Assembly: GCF_009914755.1 (NCBI RefSeq)
Contig: NC_060947.1
Source: the human T2T-CHM13v2.0 reference genome, Homo sapiens
Strand: one strand, 5' to 3'
Length of the DNA: 64,000 nt
The notes beneath the pieces were generated by a model. The model saw only the letters and a program-made list of their open reading frames with translations. It had not been told where the DNA came from and did not search any database. Every line of letters starts with the position of its first letter. The first letter of the stretch is position 1. Positions 1-12,310 of this stretch are shown one piece after another. Position numbers and translations under genes: made by a program.

Positions 1-11
1 AGGTTGAGAAC

Positions 12-18
<7 letters not shown>

Positions 19-98
<80 letters not shown>

Positions 99-160
99 AT
101 ATATATGTATGTATGTATATATATATATGTATGTATGTATATATGTATATATATATATAT
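19..160. repeat. Compound microsatellite (CT)n-(TA)n-(TATG)n abutting an Alu tail
   Basis: Directly visible dinucleotide and tetranucleotide runs; they explain the [12 protein letters not shown] pseudo-ORFs. Confidence 0.95.
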
Positions 161-448
161 TTTTTTTTTTGACGGAGTCTCGCTCTGTCGCCCATGCTCA
201 AGTACAGTGGTGCGATCTCGGTTCACTGCAAGCTCTGCCTCCCAGGTTCATGCCATTCTCTTGCCTCAGCCTCCCGAGTAGCTGGGACTACAGGCGCCCG
301 TGACCACACCTGGCTAATTTTTTGTATTTTTGTAGAGACAGGGTTTCACCGTGCTAGCCAGTGTGGTCTCGATTTCCTGACCTCATGATCTGCCCGCCTT
401 GGCCTCCCAAAGTGCTGGGATTACAGGAGTGAGCCACTGCGCCCGGCC
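160..448 (-). mobile_element. Alu SINE (AluY/AluS-like), antisense
   Basis: Poly-T, then gacggagtctcgctctgtcgccc...cccaaagtgctgggattacagg...gcgcccggcc. Confidence 0.95.
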
Positions 449-769
449 CCTCTGCTCTATATTCTTCAAGCTTCACTTAAGTTATTGCTTCTTTCTGAAA
501 AGTCCTTTCTCTCCCACCTCTGCTTGGTGAAATCCTGCCCCATCCCTGGAGGCCAAACTCAAATGTGAGTGCCTTCCTGAAGCTTTCCATTATTTCTTGT
601 GTCCTTAACTCCAAATGGCTTCTGTTGCTACAGGATGGGGGACATTGGAGGTATAAGAACTAAGGTGCAGAGACCTGTTGGGGATATGAAAAGGCACATC
701 TGGAATGGGGCTGGAGGGAAGGATTTACATTTTGCTCTCAAATTTTTATTTGGAAAAATGTTAAAAATT

Positions 770-1600
770 GAAAGTAAAATGTGATGAAAGCCAGCATACC
801 CTTCACCTAGAAATTGTTAATACTTTACATTTGCGCAATGCTCTCTCTCACAAACATATATATAATACACATATGTATGTATCCAGCTACAGCATTTGAA
901 ATTAAATTGCTACTATGCTACTTCACAACTAAATACTTCAGCATGTATATCTTAAGAATAAGAGCATTCTTTCATTGTCTTGCATAATCATAATGCCATT
1001 ATCACATCCAAGAAATTTAACATTTTAATAATAGTATCCAATATCAAGCACATATTAAAATTTCTCAAGCTTTAATTGCTTCCAAAACATCCTAGCAGTT
1101 TGTGTTGACAGGATTCAATTAAAAATAATGCATTTCATTTGATTGTTTTTTTTTTTTCTTTTTAGTTTCCTTTAATCTAGATTCTGGAACAGTACCTTTG
1201 GCTTTTCTTCTCAATGATACTGTTATACTGTTATTTTTGAAGAGTCCAGGTCAGTTGTCTTGTATACAACCTGGCTTTGTCTGATTGTTTCCTCATGGTT
1301 ACATTCAGATTAAACATTTTTGGCAAGAATACTACCGAAGCAACGTTGTTGACATCCCATTGCATCATATCAGCAGGGCTATATGTCATTGCCTACTGCC
1401 CTGCTATTAGTGATGCTAAATTTGATCACTAAGCTAAAGTGATGTCTGCTAGAATTCTTCATTGTAAAGGTGCGCTTTTTCTTTGAAATTAATAAATAAT
1501 CTGTGGAGTAATACTTTGACACTGCATGAATATCTTGCTCCCCCAGAAATTTTCACCAATGGTTTTAGAATCCATCGATTTAATTGCTGTCTTGACAAAG
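770..1600 (-). mobile_element. Ancient L1M (L1MC/ME-like) 3' fragment
   Basis: AT-rich sequence resembling old L1 3' ends (e.g. aacatttttggcaagaatact, tttgatcact, cattgtaaagg); recognised from memory. Confidence 0.5.
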
Positions 1601-1844
1601 AAGAACCCTGAGAAGTCATGTGTTCTGGGAGACACTTTACTAACAACATCCACGTAAGACACATGATAATAATACTGACAATAATAACAATTACCTTTAT
1701 TGAGTGAACTAGGCCAAGTACTTTATATAAATTAAATCATTTGATTCTTACACCAATCTAGTGATTTTATGGATGGGAAAATTGAGGGTCAGAGAGTTGA
1801 AATAACTTCCCCAAGGTCACACAGCTATGAAGAGTGGGAACTGG

Positions 1845-2164
<320 letters not shown>

Positions 2165-5100
2165 TTAAACCCAGTTCCAATTAAAAGCCCATGCTTTTAG
2201 ACACTATGCTATACTCTCTAATAAGCAATAATTCTACCTAACTTCAGAGCCTCTCACCATTTTCTTTTGAAGAGTTCCAAGCCCATGGCATTCCTGAGAG
2301 TGAGGAAGCAGGGACATGGAACTTTATTTTCTTTCGAGGAGGGAACATGGTGCAACAGAGAAATCAATTGTCATTCCTGTAGTCTTACAGCAAGTGAGTA
2401 ACATAACAAGGCTGTTGATGGAGAGACCTTAAGCTCTTGCTTGTGAATCTGACTTTGATTTAAGAGGCAGCTGAGAGCCACTGTGATTTCTGACTGGTGC
2501 TTGCTGAATCCAGAGTGGGTTCGGATTGGATTAATATCACTGTCCTCTGTGTGGGGAAATGCTGCTGCTTCATAATAAGCAGGTTCACAGAGTTTGGTGG
2601 AAAAACCAATGTTGCCTAACAGCCCCTTCTGTGCTTAGCACACTTGATTGATTGTCCTTAGGTTTACAGCTCTCTGTCTAGCTTGTCACAGCAAAAAATC
2701 TCTACTTCTTTGAATCTAGTTAGTTCAAGAAGACCTGTGACCCCAACCCTACACCCTCCACTCCCAAAAAACAGAAAAAAAGCCTTGTAAATGTGCTTCA
2801 AGTCTGTGTAGCTCAGTTTTCTCTGTAGTCTGCCAATTGTCCCCTGAGAATGCCCAGTGAAATGCTGCAAATGCTGCAGTGAACTGAAAAAAAATCAAAA
2901 CAAACCACAAAGTCCAACAACCCTAAGACTCCTACTTTTAGGAGCCATTTGTAACTTTGGGATTTATTGTACAATTTATCTTTAGTTTCAGGTTATCCAT
3001 TTGTTAGGGACAGAGGTGTTGGGAAAACATCTCTGCACCTGTTGCAAAATTTCATTTATGGCTGGAGACAGACACAGACACACACTAATAGAATATCATT
3101 CCAATTTTAGCATATGTGCTGTTGAATCAAGCACATATACTTATAAAGCATCATTCAAGTTTAGCATATGTCCTGATAAATTAAACAACGTCATATATAG
3201 ACACACAAGACTGCAAGGTTGAAAGAGTCCTAAGAGGTCATCTAGCAGGGTTCTACTTCTCACACCCTGGCAGTGGATGCTTAGAGCATCTCTATAATGA
3301 GATGCCAAAGTGGGGGCAGCTCCAGTGGTAAGTTGTTTACTAACTTTCAGAGGCAACCAGTCTCAGTGACCAGCTTTTGTAACAAAGGTCTTATAAAATA
3401 AAGTGAAATTCATCTCCCCTGTACCTTCTAACCTTGGGGGCTACTTCCTTTTTTGGAGTCACTCAGAACACAGGATGTCTTTTTCCACACAGGCCCGACC
3501 CCCTTCCCCTGCAGGGACTAAAACTTCTAGCAACACAGTTCCCAGCCAGGACCCTCTGCAATGACTCTTCTCCCCCTCCAACTGCTCCATTTTGATGGCA
3601 TGTGTTTCCAAGCTTCTTTCTCCCAATTGGTGCTGCCCCACCTATACTGTGCTGCTCCTCCCTGACCACCAAGCAAGCAAAGGTTTCTGGGAGGCTGGGG
3701 CTCTGCCGGCCCACTGCAGTGCCATCACTCTGCTTGCCAAAACCATTTTAGGCAGCAGGTAAGTAAGTGGTTGGAGAGGTACATTGGGTTTCTGAGAGGC
3801 ACCAGTCTAGCTAAGGCAGAAATAGGCTCTAACTTAATAATCTGCTCATCACACACAGTAAGAGACACCCTGACTTATTCAAAGACACCGTGGGCGGTGC
3901 AGAGGATGAATAAGCATGATTCACTGCCACTCTGGCACCCGGGGCACGAAGAATAATAAAACCCAAAGAATTGTAGCCGCCTGAGTAGTAAATTAAGAGA
4001 TCCAGGGCTCAGCTAGACTCTAGACATCAATGTTACCATGGCAATAAAGGGCCCCAGCCTTCAGCAGCTATTACAGAGCAGGCATCTAATAGGCTAGTCT
4101 ATGTCACAGCCAAAGCCCAAGGGGCTAGCAAAGAAGACCAATTAGCATATCCATTCATTAGGGGCCTCTGCACACTTCTCTTAATTCCAATTAGTTGTTT
4201 GTTTGAACCAATGTCTCTGGTCTGCATTATACTCATTACTGCCTTTTAGCCACTAGAAATAGGCTTGAATCTCCACAATGACCTCACAATTTCCCAAGCT
4301 TTCATTTTTCCCCTAGGGGTCTAGGCTTATACAGTCACAAACCCATGGCCCTCTGTCCTTTGAAATGAAAGCGTCTGTCACTGTACAACTGTACTTGACA
4401 GATGGAAACTCTGCTCAGGAATGTGATGCGCTAAGGGTTCTTCCTGGAACCTAGTGAAGTAGGGATCTGGGGCCATTATCTGGACCTTTCAGGTCAAGGA
4501 AACCCTCTGGCCTTAGCCAGTGAGCCTACTGGCTATGCCTGCTGGCCGCTACTCAGAGGCTAGCTGTTCGGGAGGGGGAATTTTGGGCACTGGGGACCAG
4601 ACTGGCATCATCAAAGTCAGGCAGTAACTGTTCCGACTTGAAGTCCTGCCCTTCAAGATCCAGCCCAAACCCCACCTTTTCCGGGAAGCCTTCCCTGATT
4701 ATTGTAGCCCTAAGTGAATTCTCCCTCCTCCATGCACTTCAAAAATGACATTCTGTGCTGAGCAGCATACATGGGCAACCTCAGGCCCTAGCTTGGCCTG
4801 GAGCTTCCTTACCCAGTGACCTCAGAGTCCACAGGTCACTAATCTTGGAAGGGACTGGGGTTCTAGAGAGTATTCAACATTACTTGGGTGACTCCAATGG
4901 CAAACAACTCTTAAGCTCCACTGCACATTACCTCCCAGAGTCCCTGAAGACCTAACCAGTCCCTTGGTATGGAAAGTACACAACTGCTCTTTGACGGCTC
5001 TGGGACACATTGTGGCCACCCCACAACTTACACAACTGTGGAAATGGCCCACAAGAACAGATGTCATAAACTAGCCCATCTCGTGGTAAAGGCAAAGATT

Positions 5101-6699
5101 ATCTGAAGGGTGCTACCATATCTTCCTTCCTTTGGGAACAGGGGGACCCAGCCCATAAGATTGTTTCTGTTCCCAGTTAGTTGCCATTGTCAGCCAACTC
5201 TGTGGTTTCACCACAGCAGGCACTCAGGACAAGGGGCTTATAGAAGCATTTGCTAATACCTGTGCCCAAGAAATGAGCATGTAGTTTTCTAGACTTTAAT
5301 AATATGCCCCCGAATCTGCTGTTATATTCAAAGTCTCTCCTTTCTCCCTCCCCTTGTCCCTTTGTAGCCACTGCTTCATTTGCATCCGCATTAGCCACTT
5401 GTGGCTCCATTCTGCTGCACTGTTAGGCATATTGCTTTTTTTTTTTTTTTCAAATTTGGCAGGAATCATTTCCCTTCTAACTAGTGTTTTGAGTGTAAAT
5501 TCATACAGATTTCTGTCTTCAACATCCTATGGGATTTGGTTATTTTACCCCACCCAACAGCTGACATTGCAGAACACAGCCTGGGCTATAGCTGAAATAC
5601 ATGGCAAATGTCTTAAGTATACATCAAACCTCCAATTACCCAGAATGCTTAGGAATGGAAGATTCTAGAGAATGGAGTATTTTGTTACCTAAGGTCATGT
5701 CACTCCTAACTCCCTTTTGTCCCCCTACTCTCAGTTTTTGAAATGTTTTAAAGTGAGTGTACTCTCTTTTCAGCCTTAGACCAGTTAGCCTAGCCATTGT
5801 TTGGTTTTAAGGCTTCCAAGGGCCTGGGGATTCTCATACTTAATGTAAGGAATCACACAAAAGACTGGCTTGGAGAAGGTGTAGAAGATAGAGATCAACA
5901 TCTACTGAGACCAGAGACCAGATTATCCCCTAGAATATATTTTGCTTTTAATAAAATTCAAAGAGAAGAATAAGTTTCTCTTTTTTGTAAGTGGCCTTTT
6001 TCCCTTCAAAGAAGCATATGGGAAGAGACACTGTTAAAGAAGAGGTCTGATTAGTAACATTACAGTGAAAGGAATTCTTATTTAAAATTAACTGCAATTG
6101 AAGCCATTTTCATCAGAATAGCCTTGAATTGGAGTTATGATTAAATCTTTCTAAGCTATTGTGCTGTTTTTCTCAGTAATGAATGTGCCCAGAATGTCAG
6201 TATCTGCAACATTCTCAGCCACTTGAGTATAATGGGGTTTGATTTGTGAAGGAAGGATCACAAACTCCATCCAGGCCTTTTAGCCACCCAGGCTCCAGTA
6301 GGGTGGACCCCAAACAGACCAAAAATGCTATACAATATTCTTAACTGTTTCTTCTAATTTTTCCTTTCATTGGATCCCATGTTGGTTTCAGGAGTTACAT
6401 ATGTCTGGGAAACTGACACTGCAAAGTTCTGGCTTGTTCCCTGCCCTGATGCTAAGGGATAAATATAGATCTCAACCACTACAGAAATTTGGCCAGGATT
6501 TGGAGGGGTGTGTGTATGAGGGGCAGTGACTGATGGGGCCACTCTGACATGTGGGCTAGAAAAAGGCTTCCTTATGTCCAAGACCCTCTTTGGGGCAGGG
6601 AGGAATGAAGTAGGAGCCTGGCTTCTAAAATCAGAAAGAATAATCCACATTTTAAGAAGCTCATGGATTGACACAAATAAGAAATATTGTAGGTGGCTT

Positions 6700-7238
6700 A
6701 CAGTGTGTGTGGGGGTGGGGGGAGAGAGCAAAGGGAATCTTTCCTGACATCCTAGATCCTTTTGCATGAGATCAGCCTTATGAAAAAAGCAAGTTATTCT
6801 TGGCCATCTCCCCTCACCCCCAACTCCCACCCACACCCACCCCCTGCATGCACTGATATCCAACTCTCAATTGAGAAGAACATGACTTAAGATTTCCATT
6901 GGGGCCATCATATCTCAAGCGCTGGAGAAAGACAAGGGGTGGAAAGACATATAAAGGGGGCGGGAGGGTGAGTTGCTCATCCTCGTGACCCAGAATATCT
7001 CCCCCTCCTTGTAATGATGAGCTTGCTTTTCCATAAGGGCTTTCCCTTGATTCAGGGAAGGAGCCAACCAATGACAGAGGGACATGTTAGATTATTCTGG
7101 GGAAGGGCTCATGCCAGGAGGGTTCACTTTTACCAGGCGCCAAGTGTCCCCAGCAACCAGTGTCTCCTGTACCAGCAGAAGCTCCAGAACTCTCACCCGA
7201 TTGCCTGCCTCTGCTGCGTCTTTGCCCACTGAACAGCC
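6700..7238 (+). promoter_or_regulatory. ATP1B4: Putative ATP1B4 proximal promoter and 5' UTR
   Basis: Lies immediately upstream of the start codon; TATAAA at 6950-6955 is followed by a GC box (GGGGCGGG); CACCC-rich tract at 6810-6845. The TSS cannot be read from sequence. Confidence 0.55.
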
Positions 7239-7301
7239 ATGAGAAGGCAACTCCGGTCCAGAAGGGCTCCATCCTTTCCTTACAGTTATCGCTACAGACT
7301 C
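7239..7301 (+). CDS. ATP1B4: ATP1B4 coding exon 1 (MRRQLRSRRAPSFPYSYRYRL), Arg-rich N-terminus
   Basis: gccATG at 7239; 21 codons; donor CTC|gtgagt at 7302, phase 0; joins in frame to exon 2. Confidence 0.95.
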
Positions 7302-9787
7302 GTGAGTGCCAGAGAGCAGAATATTTTGCTGCCCCCTCCCCTTTTATTTTAATGGGGTGGGTTGGGGGCTGTGTAGACCTTGGTTTACGGCTGCCTCTCT
7401 TTGAGACGGGCAGAAACAGCGAAGTTTAGGGGAGCCCAGGGTTTCAAAAAGGAGCAGTGACTCCCAGCACCCCCGGGCACCCTAAACTGCTGGATAAAAG
7501 GAGGAAGCCCCTCTTCCTGTGAAACAAAGATAAGGGAAGGAGAAGATAACAGAGAATAAGTGGCTTCTAAAATCTTTTCCTGGGAGTATAGAATTTTCAC
7601 AGACCTTTTGGAGTATAAAAGTTTAATTCTAATAGCAAGAAATTTAGCCAAGAGGGAAGGAAGGAGGAAGAGGAAATGAAAGGCACTGCCTACCCAGCTG
7701 TCTCTTGGGTGGTAGCTTCTTAGAGTCCAGCTGCTCTCTTTCTAAAGTAGAAATTCCAAACTATAGCTAAAATCATAGAATCCCCAATAGGAGCAGGGAG
7801 GAATCCTAGACATTATCTCTCCAGAACCCCTCATTACCTAAAGGAGGCTGCTGTGGCTCAGAGTACAGGAGTGACTTGCAAGTTAGTGGAGGAGCCAAAG
7901 TGAAAATGCAATATCCTCACTGCTAATCTTGTACTCTTTCCATTGTATTTGCAGAATGCATCTTCCAAACCCCCGATCTGCCACTACCCATTGCCATCCT
8001 GACTGCCACCCCACACTGCCCAACATGTAGACACACATACATTCTTTTGTCTCATCATTTATTTCCAGGGTGTATTACAAATTATTTGATCCAAAAGTTT
8101 ATTTGCATTTATTTTGCTATAAGTCATTAATGTATGCCACACGCAGTGCTTTTTGGGGAGAGGATTTTGAAATGTTCCCCAGAGAGGATTGTGATCTCAG
8201 CCCCAGGAGGAAACAAAGCCTAAGCCATTTTTCTTTGGGTATGGCCACTTATGTAACCAGGGAGTTAAGTGAAGACTGTCAACAGCCCGCAGAAGAAAAC
8301 ACACATTATTCTAACCTCCTATCAATCTACAGAGGGCTTCTCTTAGCTTTTTAGCCACAATTTGAAGAACCGTTTAACTTCCCCCAAAGTTTCTTCCAGC
8401 TCTCAAAACAGTTACAATCTGCAGGGGTATAAAACTATTTCTTACTTGCCTTCTTTTCTATGTAATCTTGTTAAAATGTTGTGTATAATTTCAGTTATTT
8501 GTTAAGTGGCTTGGATTTTAAATGCATCAGGGGATCTTGCTCTTTATAATACTTGACCAAATTTAAAAATAAATTAATGCAATCCTGTGCTAATTTCTCT
8601 TTTAAAATTAACCAGCCATTCAAATGTTTATGGTGTATAAACACATGCCTTGCTGTCTTCTTTGCAGAGCACAAATTTAAAATTTATCCTTTGGGTCATA
8701 CTGTTTGTTTATATATTTGTTTATATGTTTATATATTTAGATTACTCAAAATGGAGCTACCCTCTGTTCTTCAGACTCTTCCCTTTTAGGGAAACCTGAT
8801 GACCCCATCACACACCCACTACCATATCCCAGCACACTCACACACACTATCACATGAGGGTAGTGCCACTTTAGGAAAGTGACAAGACAGAATCTTAGGG
8901 ATAAGCATTCTCATTACCAAAGGATTTTCTATTGGATTTTGTTAAATAGTTTCACAAAGATACATTTTACACAGGATTTAATTAATGAGGATCTTTTGGG
9001 GAAGGCCTCTCTTGCACAGTGTGACCATTTCCTTTACCTGGAAACAGAGGAGAGGAGAAAAGATTCGAGGTTCCTAAAGTAAAGCTCAGGAACCTCTCAC
9101 AGCCTCTCGGGTGTGAGAGCTGTAGGGGCAAATTAGCCGTGAGAAGATTAATTCTTCTCAGGAGGGTAAAGCTTTAATGACAAGCCATCTGTAATGGGAT
9201 TATCATGAGAGCCAATATCTACAAATAAGATCAGTCTGAGGCCTAGGCCAGCTGCCTCCTCTGTGGAAGGTTAAAGGCAGGCATAGGTAACATGGAGAGA
9301 AAAGAAAATTGTTCAGGAAATATAAAGGGAATATATATTTCTCCTCAATGAAATGTTATACTTCAAATTCACTGAGATTCTCAGGTGCAGTAGATTCTCT
9401 GGGGGCCATGATTGCTACCCACTGTGATATACATGACAGCTCAGTCAGGGTGACAAGCTCTGTGAGAGCATTCCCGCAGAGTCCTGCATCAGGAATTTTA
9501 AGTCAGGCAGGTATCACTGATATTTGGTTAGGACCCACTGGGTACTTAACTGTCAGCTTTACACTGTGGAGGGCCATCGAGAGGCTAGAAAATATGGAAT
9601 CTCCCTCTGGGTGCTCAAAATGTAGTTTGGGAGTTTAAATGTGTGCATAGGTTCACACACAAGTGAAAGATATTTAAGAACAGGTATTAATCCATTCATC
9701 ATTGAGTGATGAAGTTTATTTTCCTAAGCCTTACACTGTGAGCCTATGTCAGTCAGCCATCCTTGATTATAATAAGCACCTAAAATC

Positions 9788-10072
9788 TTTTTTTGTGTTT
9801 TTTTGAGACAATGTCTCACTCTGTCACCCAGGCTGGAGTACAGTGGCATGATCACAGCTCACTGCAGCCTTGACCTCCCAGGCTCAAGTGATCCTCCTGC
9901 CTCAGCCTCCTGAGTAGCTAGGACTACAGGTGCATGCCACCATGCCTGGTTAATTTTTTTTTAATTTTGTAGAGACAGGGTCTCACTATGTTGCTCAGGC
10001 TGTCATCAAACTCCTGGGTTCAAGTGATCCTCCTTTCTTGGCCTCCCAAAGTGTCGGGATTACAGGCTTGAG
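9788..10072 (-). mobile_element. AluJ-like, antisense, intron 1
   Basis: Poly-T then gagacaatgtctcactctgtcacccaggctgg...; cctaaaatc on both flanks (TSD-like). Confidence 0.9.
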
Positions 10073-11076
10073 CCCTAAAATCGTTTAGGAACACAGAACC
10101 TAAGGCACTGTGCTTCATTAATCTACTAAGCTACCTCTAGGCACTTGTGCTCAATGTGATAGAGGAGAAACATCATTGTCCAGGGTATCAAGAGACATAG
10201 GTTCCGAGACTGTCAACTCTATCATGAATTTACTGCATGGTTTTGGCTAGATCCTGTCCCATCTCTGGGCCTCAGATGGATAAGTAAATCTTGAAGGTCT
10301 CTGTCGGTTCTGATGTGATATTTTATATAGAGCTGTACATTGGAACAAATTAGAGAGCAATTCAAGAGGGCTTATAATCAAGAGCTAGATAGTGCTGTGC
10401 AGACTGAATGCTGAGAGCTGAGCCTTGTCATTCTGTATCACTTGTACTGATTCTGAACAATCCAATTTGCTGAGCCCTCCTCCCCCCAACAAAGGCAGCA
10501 TTTTTAGCAGGGTGCCCTCTAAATGGCCTTTGAGGAATCAGGCCGGGAGGGGGCAGCACAGAGCCCCTGGTCTCTAGTGTTTGACACATCCAACCCAACA
10601 GGTGCACAGCCCCGCAACTCTTCAGACTTGGACAGCAGAGAAGGGAGGGCAGCCTCATTTTCTGCTGCTGCAATAAGCCTTGGCAAACCCCCAAAGAGCA
10701 AAGATACAACTCTCTGGCCTGTGGCTGGGAGGCATTTGAAACACCACTTGGTGAAGTCTAGGTTTCTCTCTCCCTCTCTCTTTTTCAGTTTAATTTTCTT
10801 AGAACCACTCAGAGAAGATTACAGTTTCAAATCTCAAGTAATGGCTGCAATCAGTCAATCAACAAATATGTGCTGAGTATGTATTACGTGCCCAGCTTTT
10901 TGCCTAAGCATAGAGGGAGACTAAGGAAGCCCGGGGTTCCAGCTCTCAGATGGTCTTTCCAACCAATTTAAGGTAGGAAGAGATTCAAACTAGGGCAATA
11001 ATCAGAGAAGCAGCTAATAACTGCCCATCTATTGTTTCTGTTGGGAAGGAAGGCTAAGTTTTGAGGAGGGGTACAG

Positions 11077-11151
11077 CAGTTGGCCTCTCCTCCTGATGTC
11101 CGTCCCAGGCTATTTTTAGACACAACTTGAAATGGTGAAGTTGAGCAGCTG
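11077..11151. promoter_or_regulatory. Candidate muscle enhancer: MEF2 site flanked by two E-boxes
   Basis: CTATTTTTAG at 11110-11119 is a perfect YTA(W)4TAR; CAGTTG at 11077-11082 and CAGCTG at 11146-11151. Confidence 0.5.
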
Positions 11152-11594
11152 AATGTGTACAGGGTGTTAGGATAAAGCTGGCTTGGACTGAAAGTTTGCT
11201 ATCACAGACACAATGTCTAAGACTATTCCATCCTCTTCCTGTGTGAGCTCACCTCTACTCTGATAGGACAAGGTTAAGTGGGAGGTCAAGGCCCCAGAAC
11301 AGAGTAGTGATATGAGCAGTCCTTGGAGAAGAGCCCAAATGCCTGAAGCTGAGAATAAAACTTGCACCTCTATGGAAAGAATACTGAGTCAAAATGGGTC
11401 ATAGAAAGGATATTTCCTCCAAAAGAACTAGGGAGAAAGAAAATCCACCTCTTGTAACAACATGTATGTTTATGGGAAAGTGGAAATTTGAAGCATCTCC
11501 AAATATTGAGTCATTTCGATTTATTTTTGGCTGGTGGGATGCACCATTGTACATTTTTTTTCAAAAAGGGTATTGTGTTTTGTCACTGTTCCAG

Positions 11595-11859
11595 GATGAT
11601 CCGGATGAAGCGAACCAGAACTACTTAGCAGATGAAGAGGAGGAAGCAGAAGAAGAGGCTCGGGTGACGGTGGTGCCCAAATCGGAGGAGGAGGAAGAAG
11701 AGGAGGAGAAAGAAGAGGAGGAAGAGGAGGAAAAGGAGGAGGAAGAGGGTCAAGGTCAGCCAACAGGCAATGCCTGGTGGCAGAAATTGCAGATCATGAG
11801 TGAATACCTGTGGGATCCAGAGAGAAGGATGTTTCTGGCCCGAACAGGTCAGAGTTGGA
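11595..11859 (+). CDS. ATP1B4: ATP1B4 coding exon 2 (DDPDEANQNY...Glu-rich tracts...WDPERRMFLARTGQSW)
   Basis: Acceptor ttccag|GAT; donor TGGA|gtaagt at 11860; alternative in-frame donor ACAG|gtcaga at 11848; beta-subunit N-terminal motif W.P....F..RT..SW. Confidence 0.96.
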
Positions 11860-12099
11860 GTAAGTCCCAATAGTCCCAATGCCAAAGTCTGGTGTCCTTT
11901 GCTTTTGGTGTGGTGTTCAGGGCTCCTTTACCATACGCTGGATGGGCTTGTCTGCAAACTTCTCTTTGCACTTCATGTAAAGGCATCAATGCCTAGGGAA
12001 ATGCCTAGACTGTGGACAGATTCCATCAGAACAAACTCCAAATGGATGAACAAACTTGATTGTGTAACCAAAACCCACTGGGCTCAACATCAGTTGCAA

Positions 12100-12310
12100 T
12101 GCAGAGAGACAGTGAGAATGAGTTGAAAAAGCACATGATTTTTTTAAGTCCCAGTCCTGTCACTTTCTATACACGTGACCGTGGACTCATCATTTCCCCT
12201 CTCTGAGCCTCAGTTTCCTCACATGCCAAATGAGGAAAACAATCCCTGACTTGCTTCTCTTACAGGATCAGAGTGAGGCCCCAATTAGATGTTAAAACTG
12301 TAAAGTTTAA
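12100..12310. mobile_element. MIR SINE
   Basis: MIR core ctctctgagcctcagtttcctcacatg..aaatgagg. Confidence 0.7.

Noticed and set aside
4-388. Low-complexity ORFs ([18 protein letters not shown])
   Set aside because: They are translations of microsatellite and Alu sequence.
6354-6863. 169-aa minus-strand ORF upstream of ATP1B4 as a divergent gene
   Set aside because: It has no recognisable domain or splice structure and is consistent with a chance ORF in promoter sequence.
11394-11594. Upstream extension of the 159-aa ORF as the ATP1B4 N-terminus
   Set aside because: A good acceptor at 11594/11595 joins in frame to exon 1 at 7239-7301, so the extension is an open intronic frame.
11521-11885. 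Pro-rich and Leu/Phe-rich minus-strand ORFs
   Set aside because: They are antisense shadows of the GAG/GAA tract in exon 2.
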